From Balamuthia mandrillaris (taxonomy: Eukaryota): a stretch of 64,000 nt of DNA. The notes below the pieces were generated by a model. That model was not told the DNA's origin, made no database searches, and worked only from the letters and a program-made list of their open reading frames with translations. Location of the stretch: the NCBI GenBank assembly GCA_031835245.2, contig JAVKOQ020000082.1, positions 124,001-188,000 on the forward strand, read 5' to 3'. Of the stretch, positions 13,384 through 27,150 are shown piece after piece (the first letter of the stretch is position 1; each line of letters begins with the position of its first letter). The position numbers and the translations under genes were made by a program.

Positions 13384-15092
13384 ATGAATAGCTATCAACT
13401 TCCAAAGAACTGGTACAATTTGGCTGCAGCTTTTTCCTATGGTTCGTTTTGCTTTTTGCTTTGAGTTACCTCAGTAGTTTTTTTTTGTTACTTTCGTTCA
13501 TGCCTTCTTCTCTCTTCCGATGACTTCTTCTCTCTTCTAACGGAACGGTTTGTCTGTTGAAGGCTTCTTCTCGTTCAGTGCGGTCATCGTGAACAAAGTG
13601 GTGTTGAGCAAATGGGACTTCAACTTCCCTCTCACAATGATTGCCTGCCAGATGATTGTCTCGTACGGCTTGTTGATGGGCCTTAAATCTGCTGGTCTCA
13701 TTTCGGTTCCAAATTGGTCCATGGAAACTGCAAAAAAGGTTTGCTTCGTTGTCTCTCGTTCTCTCCTCTCTCGGCTCGTTGTCTCTCTGGTTCTCTCGTT
13801 CTCTCCTTTTCCTACATTCTTGTTTCTCAAAGTTGCTCCTTTACTCGACAACCACAAAAGGCCTATCCATTGGCCCTCAGCCATTGCATCAACGTTATTT
13901 TGGGTCTCTCCTCACTCAGTCTTGTAAGCATTCCCATGTTTAGGTACCGTCACCCTGTTCCCCTCTCAAAAAGAATAAACAAGACGAGTTGTTGAACTCT
14001 TTTCCTTACGTAATAGCACCCTCCGCCGTACTGGCGTTGCTTATGTGATGGCCTTGGAATTCCTTTTGTTGAAGAAGCGCCAACCATCATCTATCATTGG
14101 CTCCGTTGGCCTTATTGTTTTAGGTAAGCTCTTTGCTCCATGGTTCTCTCTGTGTCGAATTGCTTCAATGTCCTCTTTTTCGTCATCTTCGCCATCTTCT
14201 TCTCCTTTTTCCTCTTTTTCTTTCCGTCTCTTCTTGTTGTGACATCGATGATTTCCTGCCACAATCTCATTGTTCTCCCCTCATCCCATCTTCCTAACTC
14301 TCTTCCTGTTGTTGCAAATTTAAGGTGCTTTGGTAGCTGGGTGGAATGACCTAAACTTTGATCTGTTCGGCTATGTGCTGACCTGCACGGTTAACGTGAC
14401 CACTGCTCTTGCTCTTACACTGATACCAAAGATTGGCAAAGCCGCGGACTTGGGACCGTTGGGTTTGATGCTCTATCAAATCACGTTGGGCTTTCCTTTG
14501 ATCGTTTTGGCCATCCTCATGAGCGGCGAATATGTAGACATGCTTGCTTATCCTCACTGGTCCTCTCCTTCCTTTTTGGTCCGTTTTTTAAAACCAGCCC
14601 GCTGTTGCTCTTGCTTTCGTTTTCTCTGACTTTAAGTGTTTTGTTTTGTTTTTTGCTTTCCAGATATTATTCTTTATGTCCTGTGCTCAAATCTTTGTGC
14701 TTAACTACTCCATTTTCTTGTGTACTACCGTGAATTCTCCGCTCACAACCACCGTTACTGGTACTAGAACTCTTTCTGCTCTTCACGATCAAAAATGCAT
14801 TTCATCTCATTCATTTTCCGAAACCTGTGATAACATAGGCGCGTTGAAGGACTGCGCCCAAACGGTTGGTGGCTTCTTCATCTTCGATTTGTCGATTCAA
14901 TTCTTCAATCTTGTCGGCATTTCCATTGGTATGAGCGGAGGCATCCTCTACTCCTATCTCAAATATCTGGAATCCGAAACCAGGAGCAAACCCGCACATT
15001 CTCCAGAAAAAGACGAGCCTCTTCTTGCGCCTGGACATATCATGGTGGACAAGTTTGCCGATGCCGACAAGGACGAAGAAGACCGACGCTGA
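13384..15092 (+). CDS. Nucleotide-sugar transporter, SLC35D-like (multi-exon)
   Basis: Spliced product contains FSYG..IVNKVVLS..FNFPL, LSLVSIPMF.TLRRT and LNYSIFLCTTVNSPLTTTVTG.LKD, with many transmembrane segments. Confidence 0.88.
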
Positions 15093-15307
15093 ACGTTCTG
15101 CCACCCTCCCCTTTTTATTTTTCTTTTAGTCGACATAAACATGTAGATCTAAAGATCGAAATTCCGCTTAAATCAAACGGCTATTGGCTGATTCTGTAAC
15201 TCCGATTTTCCGTAATCTTTGTCTGTCTGCATCACTCATCCTTCCAGCATTAGTCCATAAACTCACCAGGAAAAGCAGCGTTCCCCTTCGCTCCAGGACA
15301 GGCCACC

Positions 15308-16135
15308 ATGGTATGCTCTCTAACCTTGACTCATCTCCTTCTCTGCTGTTTGCCCTATCAGTCCCTAATCTTCCCCTTCCCTATTCCTATGATTTCAGGG
15401 TATCGATCTTCCCGTCAAGCACAAGAAGAACAAGAACAGGCAAGAGCCTAGAAGCGAGGATCCTTACCTCCGCCTTCTCATCAAGGTTTGTAATCTCCAT
15501 TGGCACTTGTCATGCACTCTACCGTACTCATTTTTTTGTATAGCTCTACAGATTTTTGTCCCGCAGGACTGACTCTGACTTCAACCGCGTGGTGTTGAAG
15601 CGTCTGTGCATGAGTCAAATCAACAGACCCCCTCTTTCCCTCAACAAGTTGGTTCGCTACACCAAGGGCAAAGAAGACAAAATCGCCGTTGTTGTTGGCA
15701 AAGTCACCGATGATGCTCGTATTTTGAAGGTTCCCAAGCTCACCGTGTGTGCTTTGAAGTTCACCGAGGGTGCTCGCGCACGTATCGTGAAGGCTGGCGG
15801 AGAATGCATCACCTTTGATCAGCTTGCTCTGCGTGCCCCCACTGGCTCCAACACTGTGCTTCTCAGGGGTCCTCGCAACGGAAGGACTGCTGTCAAGCAC
15901 TTCGGTGCTCCTGGTGTTCCTGGAAGCCATGCCAGGTCCTTTTTCTTTCCATCTTTTTTGTCTCCCCTTTTCTTTCTCTCGCCTCCTCTCTCTCCCTCTC
16001 TCCCTCTCCTTTCTTCACTTTGTCTTACACTTTCCCTCCAACTGGAACTATCAAAACAGGCCTTACGTCAGGGCCAAGGGAAGGAAGTTCGAGCGTGCTC
16101 GTGGAAGGAGAAAGAGCTGTGGCTTCAAGGTCTAA
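15308..16135 (+). CDS. RPL18: 60S ribosomal protein L18 (eL18)
   Basis: ATG-only first coding exon, then [58 protein letters not shown]. Confidence 0.97.
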
Positions 16136-16509
16136 ATTTGAAGAGGGGATTTTTACTTTTCTTGCCTGTTCTGTCCAGCTCAATAAAACGCACCTTCGTG
16201 GTGCCGGTACCCACCTCTTTTTTTTTTCTTTCGGTTTTGTGAGGGGGCAGGGGACACAACAAGCTTCACTTGGGGCTCGAGTTGGCGTAAATTTTTGTTG
16301 CTTTCCATTGTCCCGTTAGAGCTTGCAGAGAGAGTGAAAACCTGTTGAGAAGCTGCTGCCGGTGTCTCTCTTTAGCTTGCGCTATCAAGTTTGAGGGGGC
16401 ACCTAGTCCGGTCTGCAAAAAAAAAAAAAGCTCAACAAAATAAAAAAAAGCAAAACTAAAGCCACCACCACAAGAAGAAAGGGAAGAGCGAAGAAACACC
16501 AACAAGAAG

Positions 16510-16773
16510 ATGAACGTTGCCTTGAGAAGGTTCCAAACCGGCAATGCGCTAATGGGAACTGGCGCTAGGAGTCCCGCTGGAGCGATGTGGAGGAGAAGGT
16601 ATTCTGCCCCACGCGACGAGATGCCCCCAGTCACTCCGTTCACTCCCGCCCGTCAGGCTTTGGTCGCTGGCACGTTTATTTCCATGGGCTATTGCTTCCT
16701 TGTTGCCAAGAGGTCCCACAAAGATCTCCTGGACCACTTCTTGCACGGAGAGCACCACGAAGAAGAACACTGA
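16510..16773 (+). CDS. Small single-TM protein (87 aa), probably mitochondrial
   Basis: Arg-rich, acid-free N-terminus ending RRRYS (presequence-like), one hydrophobic segment, His/Glu tail. It fills the gap between RPL18 and the UTP4 3' end. Confidence 0.6.
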   Translation: MNVALRRFQTGNALMGTGARSPAGAMWRRRYSAPRDEMPPVTPFTPARQALVAGTFISMGYCFLVAKRSHKDLLDHFLHGEHHEEEH

Positions 16774-17159
16774 ATCAAATTGTGCTACCTACAACGCCCC
16801 AGAAAAATGTTACTTAACATGTCTTAAGATTGAATCAGAAACAAACAAACCCCTTTGCCCAAGCTCTTTCTTTGTCTCGTTTAACGTTTTAGCATCAGCA
16901 ATAAGGAACTTGCCTAAGAACCGATCGTGACAAGCCCTGCATACATGCACCCATTGTCCTTAGATCTTCGTTCTTTGTTTGCACTAGTAAATGGGCAAAA
17001 TGACCAGCGACCGATCGAGGCGGCGCAAACTCCACCCAAAAAGAAGAGAGGACAAAAGTAGAATAGCATAACATATAAAGCAGACAAGGACGCAGATGTG
17101 ACTGAAGAGGAACATAGCCTGCTTTATTCTTTTTCAAAAAAAAAACACCCAGATGTTTT

Positions 17160-19844
17160 TTAAGTGCCGTAACGATTCCTGTGAAGAGGGTCTGGGAAGT
17201 GAGAAATGATGCTGAGCCATGGCCTCTCCACAAGTAGCATGGTGTCGCCTTGGAGGAAGTCGAGGAAGAGCAGCGGCTTGAACTTGCTGACAAGCTTGAA
17301 GTTCTGGCTTCCCACGTTTTCGCTTTGCTCTTTAGCTTTCTTCTTCTTTGCCTTTGGGGGCTTGCCTCCGGTTCGGCTCTGCTCCTCTTGTCGCCTCGCA
17401 ACCGCCAACGTCGAACGCAAGGTAAGGTCTTCTTCATTTGGCAATGGCTTTCATGTGCATATAATATACAATTAGAAAAGATAAGGAAATGAGGGAAGAA
17501 AAGAGAAGTGAAACACAAAAAGAGAATGGTGAAAAAGGCGAGGAAAACAAACCAGCTCCAAATCAATGTGGACAAAGAAGGCAGTGCTGTAGAGGCACAT
17601 GGTGGAGGGTCTACTTGGGTTGAAGGCTATGCCTATCAACTTATCGCGGAGGGCCATGAATTGGGCGGGCAACTTGTTGCCATACTCCCTCGACCAATCA
17701 CTGAGGCGCTTTTCCTCCACATCGTAGAGGTAGAACTGATTGCTGGCGCAAACAACCACTAAAGTGGAGCCTCGCTGGTGGAACGCAAACGTGGTATGCT
17801 GCGATTCAAATATAGGTAACATCGTGTGGCACTGTTGTGGCGTTAGAAGTGTTCACAGAAGACTAGAAAAAAAGATAATCCCAGAGTACCAACCTGCAAG
17901 GTATCTAGGTTGTACACATAAATGTGATTGTTAAGATCGCCAGAGGCAAGCCACTGTCCATCCAGGCTTACAGCCAACGTGCAAATCGGAGCAGTTTTGA
18001 AAACACCACTCTGATTTGGCTCTGTTTTCGCTTCTGGTTGTTCACCTTCTGTACCAATGGGCACTGTGTCAAAGGATTGAGCTTGGTGCTGCGTGAATGT
18101 CTTAATGATGCGAGGTTCATCCGGAGCAACGAGGTCAACAATCTGGATGGAGCTTTCGTTGGTAGCAATAATTAATTTAGAGGAGTCGGGGGTAAACAAT
18201 AAACGATGGCCAGGCAAGACGTCGTAAGGGAGTGGATGCTTTCTAATGGAGAGAGACTCTTTCGCAGTAAATTCGTTTTTAATCTAACAAAGACGGCTTT
18301 TTAGTTAAATACAGCAGGTAAGAGAGCAAAATAATAATAATAACATACCACAGCGAGCTTGAATAATTTAGTTTGGGTGGCATCAGCACACGCTATCCAA
18401 GCCCCATCAGGAGATAGAGCACTGCACGCCAAGTTAGAGCCCTGTGTTTGTCGTAAGCACCATGGATGAACAAAGGCGAGAGCGGAATGGAAGAGAGAGA
18501 GAGAGAATCATTCAAAGCACAGTACCTTCATTTTGAGCTCTGCGACTAACTTAGGAGCACCTGTGGCGGTTAGTCGTGTTCCTTCTGGTACAAATGCTAT
18601 TTCTTCTGATGATTCAGCAGCCGCTACACATAGAAATGTTATTCTTGAACACCAAATAAAATGTAACAAAAAACCGAAACAAAGGAAACAAGAAAAGAAA
18701 AGAAAAAGAAAGAAGAGAAAGGGAACAAAGGAATTTACCTGGAGAGAAATTCCACAGCTGCAAGGAATGCTGGTACTGGCATAGAAGCAAAGATTTGGAG
18801 GAAGAGAGACTAAAAGGAGGATGATGAGAGAAGGGCGGTTGTTTGCGAGGAACACTGTCTATAAAGTCATGCACGGAGGCAAGACAGAGCTGTGTATCAA
18901 TTCCACCAGACACTATGAATTGATAGTACTCTGGTGTAGCTTCTGGTCTTCGATAATGCCGTTGTTGATGGAAGTGCTTTTTGGTAGAGGAGAGAAATGG
19001 GAACGGAGACGAGGACGGAGGGGAAACGGCCATGCACAGCACGTCATGGGTATGATTGCGACGAGATGAGGTATAGATCCAGTCCTTCTGCTCAGGGCCA
19101 GCAGCAGATTCTTGTCGTTCATGAACCACATACTGGAATTGAGCCATTTTGTTGTCAATGCCAGAGGAAAACACCATGTCCTCTTGTTGGTTTGTGGCAA
19201 GGGCCAGTACATCAGCCTTGTGGTTCCTGAATCCTTTTATGAGCGTTCCAGTTTTGCCGTCCCAAAACTGAGTTTTGCCCAAAGAGTCACCTGTTACGAT
19301 GGTCCAATCTCTGTTCACGAATGATAACAATAACTATTAAAACCCTTGTACAAAGAAACAAAGAACCAAAAGTGAATGGGCATAGACGTACTTGAGAACA
19401 AGAATGCTCCAGACGTTGGTTTTGCTTCTGCCAAAGCTTTCCACGGTAATACGCGAGACATTACGGCCCGTGTCAGCCTTCCACCGTCGAATGCTGGCAT
19501 CAGAGCCACCCGAGAACAAATCCTTTCCGTCAGGATGCCACGCTAGGCACAGTATTCTGCCTTTGCCCGCTCGTTGGAAGGAGCGCTTATACTGTAACTC
19601 TCCGTCCGAAATGTCAAAGACACGAATGCCATCCTCGCAGCCAGCCGCCAGGCTCTCTCCTGTCGGACTTGCCACCAAAGACCACACTGGACCGCCGAAC
19701 GAGTCTGTTCGGGCCTATGTAGCGCAGAAAAGAGAAAGGAGAACAACATTTAGAACGCGGTGTTGAATTTAAAAAAACGCAACAGAAAGAGCATAAAGAG
19801 AATGAGAGCAAGAAGAGAAGAGCAAAGACGTGATAAAGAAAGCC

Positions 19845-19890
<46 letters not shown>

Positions 19891-20330
19891 GCGAAGTAAA
19901 AAACCTTTTCGCAAAGTTTGCACAGGTCCCACTCTATGACCGTTCCGGAGAGTCCAGCGGAGAACAAACGTTCCCCACCCTGGGTTTGAAGCCATACCAA
20001 GCCACGAATAGCCTCACTAGCTCCCGCTATGCGCTGCTCATGAAAGGAGTGAAAAAAAAAGAAAAAGAACAAGTAGCCGAACATAAAGTTGGTGATCAGT
20101 CAACACTCCAAGGGGAAAAAACGCTCCAAAGAGCGCTCCGTAAGAAAAAGGAAGAAAGGGTAGCGCACCCGCTCCATATGCCAACCGTTCTGAACGTTCC
20201 AAATCTCAATGTCTCCGCTGTCCCTCCCCACCGCCAACAACGCTCCGGAGGGGCTAAAGGCCAACGCGCGGATGGAGGACGGCACCCACTCCAAGAAGCG
20301 ACAACGGTGAACCTGGCAAGGTTGAGCCAT
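17160..20330 (-). CDS. UTP4: U3 snoRNA-associated protein 4 (UTP4/cirhin), WD40
   Basis: N-terminus VHRCRFLEWVPSSIRALAF..LAVGRDSGDIEIWN, WD repeats (IVTGDSLGKTQFWD, HTHDV), C-terminus KFKPLLFLDF..LVERPW..LHRNRYGT. Confidence 0.93.
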
Positions 20331-20482
20331 TGTATGATCTCCCTGACACACAAGCTGCTTTTAAAAGTCTTGGGGTCGCTCCCCTTGTTTTTTCTTTCCC
20401 CGCTCGCAAGCTCTCTCTCCACCAGCGAGAGAAGGAGGAGAGAAAAAAAATGAGAAAAAAAAGAGGTTCTTTCTTTCTTCCC

Positions 20483-20597
20483 TGTCGACATAATTTAATG
20501 CGGTCGGAACTGTTCACCTCATAGATGTCCCCCGAACGAGCTTTGTTCCATTAACCTATTACGTTAGTAGTCGACAGATCTAATTATGTCGACATAA
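20483..20597. promoter_or_regulatory. Cluster of three GTCGACA motifs in the divergent UTP4/Gbp promoter
   Basis: TGTCGACATAATT at 20483, AGTCGACA at 20569, and the 14-bp palindrome TTATGTCGACATAA at 20584-20597. Confidence 0.55.
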
Positions 20598-20969
20598 AAG
20601 GGGTTGATCAAAGATTTGATCAAATCGAATCAATTTGCGCAAAAGGAAAAAAAATAGAGGCAGGGGAGAAGAGGAAGGAAGGGGGAGAGACGAGGAGAAG
20701 GAGCACCCTTCTTCTTTGGTGGAGCGTTTTTTGTGTGTGTTTAGAGGCCAGAGGTTTGTCGGTTGGTGTTGATTGAGGTAGGTGGTGGCGGATCTAGCGT
20801 GGTTGCTTTCTTTGATTCGAGTGTGTCCTTTTTTTTTGTTTTCAATGTGATGTGTGGATCGTTTATTGGTTGTGGAAGAAGATGGGACCCAAAGGAAGAA
20901 CCAACTCCTTCATTTTGGAAAAAAAACTTTGTTGGAAGCTGATCGCTGTTTTTAACTCACTTCAAGGAG

Positions 20970-21584
20970 ATGGCGCTTGATCTGGACTCGAAGTTGGACA
21001 TGCCGCTGGACGAGGTGGCTGCTTCCTCTGCTGCCACTGCTCACGTTGGCGGAGGACGCTTCCACGGCGGTAAGCGCTACTCGTCACGCCAACAGGAGGC
21101 CAAGCCTTATACCCGTCCTTCTTCTTTTGCAGGTGGAAGAGGAGGTGCTACTAGCAGTGGACCCACCTGCCGCGTTTACTGTGGCAACCTTGACTGGTCC
21201 ACCTCGTGGCAGGACCTCAAGGACCACATGCGCAAGGCCGGCAACGTCGTTCGTGCGGACGTCTTCCTGGATGAGCATGGACGCTCCAAGGTTTATTTTA
21301 TGTTTTCTCCTTTTTTTTTTCTTTTTTCTTTTTGCGTTGGAAAGAGACAGCTTACTCTTTTGCTATCGCGTTTTCTTCACTGGTCGCTTTGCTGTACGTT
21401 CTATTTAGGGTTGTGGGTCCGTATCTTTTCTTTGTTTGCCTATCTTGATCAATCTATTCACCCATTGTACCTCTTCGCAGTGTTGTGGAGTACAGCACTC
21501 CCGAAGAAGCGCAACACGCCATTAACACACTTAATGACTCGCAAGTGGCTGAAGGTCAACGTCTTATCTTTGTCAGAGAGGTAT

Positions 21585-21626
<42 letters not shown>

Positions 21627-22254
21627 TTTCTCCTCTAACAAACCCTCAATACTCGCACAGGATCGAGAGGACAGAAACTTCTCGCAAGCGATCCAGCGAG
21701 GTCGGGGAGCTCCTCACTTTGGTGGAGTACCACGCGGCGGTGCTCCTTACTTTGGTAGAGGAGGAGGGTTCTACCGCGGCGGCCGTGGGGGTGGTCGCGG
21801 TGTAGGCCGTGGTGGCTTCAATCCTTTCATGGGAGCTCCACCAATGGTTCCTGGCGGTGTTTCAGCTCGCGGTCGTCAAGTCTTTGTTGGCAATGTACGT
21901 GTATCCCTCACTCTTTTTTTTTGTTCTATTCTCATCAAACAATGCGTTACAACAAACCGCCAAAGCTGCCATACACGACCTCTTGGCAGGATCTGAAGGA
22001 CCACTTCCGTTCTTGTGGTAACGTGCAGAGGGCTGATGTCCTTATGGAGGGCGGAGGACGCCCGAAGGGCCAAGGTATAGTCCTGTTCGAAACTGCCGCG
22101 GAGGCACAAAAGGCTATTGGTTTGTTCCCCAACGCCGTTGCGTTTCATCCCTTTCATAACCCCCCTCATTACTTCCCACCAAACAGCCACCTTTGACAGC
22201 ACCGAATTCCAGGGCAGGCTCATCAGCGTCCACGAGGATAAGTTCGCGCAATGA
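20970..22254 (+). CDS. Two-RRM, RGG-containing protein of the Gbp2/Hrb1/G-strand-binding family
   Basis: [30 protein letters not shown] and [21 protein letters not shown] carry the SWQDLKD signature, separated by an RGG linker. Confidence 0.9.
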
Positions 22255-22479
22255 AGGAGGGAAAATCACCACAACTGGTAGTCTTTGTTTTTGTTTCAGA
22301 ATTACCTAGTAAAAACACAACCGCTAGCACTGCCCGTTGCAGTTATGGAGGGAGAAGCATTGAGAGAGAGAAGAGAGAGAGAGAGAGGACGGGAGTGGAG
22401 AGAAGACACAAGTTCGCCGAATCATAAAGTGCAAGGGACCATTTATTTGCCTCCAACCAGCTGCCAGAGCCACCAGCGT

Positions 22480-23202
22480 TTAGATGATACCAATCTTGTT
22501 GGCTACGTCAAGGGCGTCGTAGTCAGGCGTAAGTCTCACGTAAGCCTTCTTCTTACCGTCGGGCCTAAAGTTAAAAAGGTAAGTTACGCCGTGCACATCT
22601 AAATGCTAGGCAAAATAAGGTGTTTGAAAACAAACCTGACGAGTGTGTTGATCTTCTCCGCCTTGATGTCGTACATCTTCTTCACAGCCTCTCTAATTTG
22701 ACCCTTGTTGGCCTTGAGATCCACAATAAATACCAAGGTGTTGTTATCTTCAATTTTCTTCATTGCGGACTCAGTGGTCAAGGGGTGCTGCAGAACTCTG
22801 TACTGATCCAACTTGTTCTGGCGGGGTACAGACTTCCTGGGGTAACGAGGAGAACGGGGCAGACGGAGAGTCTTGGGGCGGTAGAAGTGAGTCTTGGTGC
22901 GGATCTTGCGTGTGGACTTGGTGTTGGTGCCCTTTTGGATGGCCTTAACTGCACCAAGAGCCTTGGCCTTGCCGCCCTTCTGCTGGGCCTTACCCTTAGG
23001 GGCAGCCTTCTTCTGAGCGGCAACAGGGGCCTTCTTCTGTTCTGTGGCTTGGCCGGCAGTCTTCTTTCCTCCTTGATTGGTTGGCTTGGTCAATCAAATC
23101 ATCCTCACGCAAAAGAGGAGAATGAACTCACAACACCTAACACAAGCACACAACAAAAAGGAAGTAAACGCAGGACTGGTACATACCCTTGGCTTTCGGC
23201 AT
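22480..23202 (-). CDS. RPL23A: 60S ribosomal protein L23a (uL23)
   Basis: [69 protein letters not shown]. Confidence 0.97.
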
Positions 23203-23829
23203 GGTGCAGCTAACGGTTGGCTCACTTGGTAAAAGCTGAATAAAAGAAAAAGAAGGGGGAAGAAGAAACGCAGCGCAGGATGAGGATGGGGGAAGGTTGC
23301 CTTTTACGCAGGCCACGTCAGCCCAAACCCTCGCAGCCTCAGGGTACTCTAATGATCGAAGACCCCTCATCAGATCTTTGATAAACTCCGACGGCAATTT
23401 CGGAGAGAATTGCAGCAAAAGATAAAAAACGAGTTGAAAGAGGGAAGGGGCGCTACGTTTCTTTGACAGGAGCCTCTTTCTTGGGGAGAGGGGAGGCGCT
23501 ACCCTGGCTGGACAAGTAGTAGTAGAGTAGCAACAAGCGGGAGTTGTTGGTTTGCTGTTGGACAAAAAAAAAGCGGGCATAGGTTGCTCTGTTGGAAGGC
23601 AAGGGGAGGGGGGGGAGGGTGCAACAAGTTCCATTTTTGGACGTTCAGCCACAAAGCAAGGGGAGGGAGGCTCGCAGGAGAGGCGTGCTACTCTTTCTGC
23701 AGAAAGTAATCATCAAGAGGTGAGGTTCATCTCTTTTGTTTGTTGGCCTCTGTTTTTAAATTAGCCCCGTGGTTTTTGAACGTATGCTAACTTTTGTTGG
23801 AAAGGCGAGACTCTGTGACACAAAACATC

Positions 23830-25174
23830 ATGGCCTCAGGCGTGGGCTTCCCGCTTCGTGCCATGCGTGGAGGCAAGGAGGTGGATCCTTCTGCCTTTTC
23901 CTTGCTAGAGGAAGGAGGGAATGAGGACATTGAGGGGGAGGTGAACACTTTGTTGGAGAGTCATACAGAGGACTCTGGTGGTCCTGTTTCAGACCTGGAT
24001 CGATTTTTTACCAGAGTACGAGGATTTTTTTCTGTGAACAGTTTATGTTGACGCATCAAGATATTCACCGTTTTTTCTTTTTTTTTCTATCCAAGGTTTA
24101 TGAGTATTATCGCCAAAAGGGCTTCCTTGCCATCGTTCTTTCTCGGGTTTTCAATCTTTTGTACGCTATTTTTTTTTCTCACCCCATTTTTGTTGATGCT
24201 TTGTTTTCCTTCTTTCTCCCGTGGCTCATGTTTGTTTTTTTGTGTTGCGGTTGAATAGTACTCTCGCTTTTGTAATATTATTTTCTACGTTTTTGTTTTG
24301 TTTTATCGACTATCACGTTCTCTTTGCTACAAATGACCTCCACCAAGCTCTGCTTCCCATTCAACTCAGCAGGTAATCTATCCACCCACCCCTTTTATCC
24401 TTTATCTATCTTCATTCTCATATTCTTCCAAATGATAGACTGCATCCACTGCTAGCTATCTTTCTGGCTGTGTTTGCACTCTTTTGGTTGTTGCAGCTGC
24501 TGCAATTGTTTTCAGAAATTAGAGACAAACGTGAGATCAAGCTTTTTTATAATCACACATTGAGGATTAGTGAGGTTTGTTTCTGTTTGGATGTTTGGTT
24601 TTGTTCTTACTAGTTTTGGTTTTCCTCTATTTGTTGAGTGCAATGATTGCTTTTGAGCTATTTATGGGGTGTGTTCTTATCTTCTCTTTGTTGGATTTGA
24701 TTAGGAGCGGCTTCAAACAATGGAGTGGGCAGAGGTAGTAGAAAAGTTAATAAAGGTGCCGCGGTTGTGCATAGTCAAGGAAGATCTTACCTCTCTAGGT
24801 ACGTTACTTTTTTTTTGTCTTGTGTGTTATTTGATATTGCTCATTCATTCCTCAATGTTGATCATATGCGCCAACTCTCCTCCATAGATGTGGTAAATCG
24901 TATTCTTAGAAAACAAAACTATCTCATTGCTTTGTTCAACCTCGACATTGTGAGATTTGGGCTCCCTATTCCTGGGTTACGAAGAATGACAACTCTTACC
25001 AAAACTTTGGAATGGAGCCTTTATCTCGTGCTTTCATATTCCATCTTTGGAAGAAACGAAGTGAAGCCTTCCGTTCTTATCAGAGAAAATTCGTTAGTCT
25101 CTCTCCTCTCCGAGTTTTTTTGAGAAGAGTTAATTAATTTTATTTCTCTCTCGTTCTCTCTGGCTCTCTCTGGC

Positions 25175-25224
<50 letters not shown>

Positions 25225-27019
25225 TCAAACCATGCGATACAGACAAAAAACAGCACGAAGGTATAGCCCACCTTTTTCTTGTTTGTACAATACATGAATT
25301 TTTTAATATCTCTGTTCTATCTTTAAATTTTGCTGTAGTTTACAATGGCGCTTCCGGCTCTTGGGGTTAGTAAGCCTCATCTTGTCCCCGTTTGTACTGG
25401 TATTCCTGCTAGCCTACTTCTTTTTCAAGTATGGCGAGGAATTGCGGAACAGACCAAGTTTCACTCTTGCCTCCCGTCAATGGAGTCGCCTAGCTCGTTG
25501 GAAATTCAGGTGCTTCAACGAACTTCCACATGCTCTTGAAACACGGTAAGTTCTCTGTGCATGTGCTTTGTCTTTAATGCATCGATCTGATATTAAGCTG
25601 TTATATGTTTCTTCAATAGATTAAATGCAAGCCACACAGCAGCCAATGAATATGTGGACCAATTTCAATCCAACATTTTGATGATTTGTGCTCGCTTTGT
25701 AGCCTTTGTGCTTGGCGCTTTTGTGGCGGTTCTCATCGTGATTGCTGTGGTGGATGACGAAATCCTTACCGAAAGTCAAATTGGAGGCAAAAGCTTGCTG
25801 TGGTATCTGGGAATATCTGGAAGTGTGTTGGCGGTAACACGGGCGCTCATCCCACGCGAAGGCCAAGTATTCAACCCAAAAGCAAAGTTGGATGAAGTGG
25901 TGTGTCACACCTATTACAAACCGGATACTTGGATTGGAGAGGAGCACATGTGGTGGGTCAGGGACGAGTTAGTGGAGCTCTACGAGTACAAGATTATGGC
26001 ATTTTTGCGCGAGTTAGTGAGCATTCTGGTTGCGCCGTTTATTCTCTTTTTTACACTCGGAAGCAGTGCTGTTTCACGTACGTTTACCCTTTTTCTGCAT
26101 TCCGTTATCGATGTTTTTCTAACACATATAGTATTTTTACAATGGTACAGAGGATATCGTCAACTTTTTCCAACACTTTACTGAGTATGTAGAAGGGGTG
26201 GGAAACATGTGCTCTTGTGCCAACTTTGAAACAGGTTTTGCCAAGCATGGCGACCACAATGTGCGCACTTTTGCCGCAAACGTTGTTGCTGTGATACTAA
26301 ATCTTCTCTCTCTCTCTCTCTCACAGTGGGGTTCGCCGGCAGCTCTTACTTTGAACAAGTTTGTGAAGACATCACAAGGCAAGATGGAAAAATCCTTTAT
26401 GGACTTTGTGGTATGTTCCCTTGTCTCACTTTCTCTCTAGTCAAAGGAGTCGTTTTTTCTCATACCATATTCCACTGTAGACCACTTATCCGTCGTACCG
26501 CCCATCTGAGCAAGGCGCTGATATTCTAGTCAAGCTTTCTAAGCACAGAGAAGCTGTTCTACGCTCTAAAGCAGAAGCTCATCTGGAAAGTAGCGGCTTT
26601 ATTGACACTAATGTACCGCTTCTCTCTCTCTCTCTCTCTCTTCTCTCTCTTCTCTCTCTTCTCTCTCTCTCCTGAACTTGTGCTAATTTAATGTGTCATA
26701 CAATTTGTAATACTACAGATGTTTGCCAGCAAACCAGGCACGTCCAACAGCGCCGGACCTTCATCTGCGCCATGGCGTGGCACAGCTGCTGTTAGTTCAT
26801 CTTTGCGTTTTAGTGAACCGCCATCGCTATTAATGGTTCTCTTCCTCTCCCTCCCACCCTCACCACATTGATGCTAACATTTTGTTACAGCAATCCTTCC
26901 ATGAAGCTCTTATGACGAGCGGGGCAAATATATTTGATGGTCTGGGCAATAGAGAGGGAAGCGACAAAAGTGACGATGAACTATCCGCAGGCCCTTCATC
27001 CTCTCCAACAGGACTATAG
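23830..27019 (+). CDS. ATG9: Autophagy-related protein 9 (lipid scramblase), multi-exon
   Basis: DLDRFFTRVYEYYRQKGF, VVNRILRKQNYLIAL, LTKTLEWSL, WKFRCFNELPH, YVEGVGNMCS and GKMEKSFMDF. The 3' exons are less certain. Confidence 0.93.
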
Positions 27020-27150
27020 TAGCAGCTTATTATTTTGTTCAAAATATATTACCTTGTATAAAAGATACACAAGCGAGAAGAGCCGTTCTTGTCTTTTTCT
27101 TCTTGCAAATAAAACGAAGGCCAACAAAAAAACCAAAGAAGAAAATAAAT

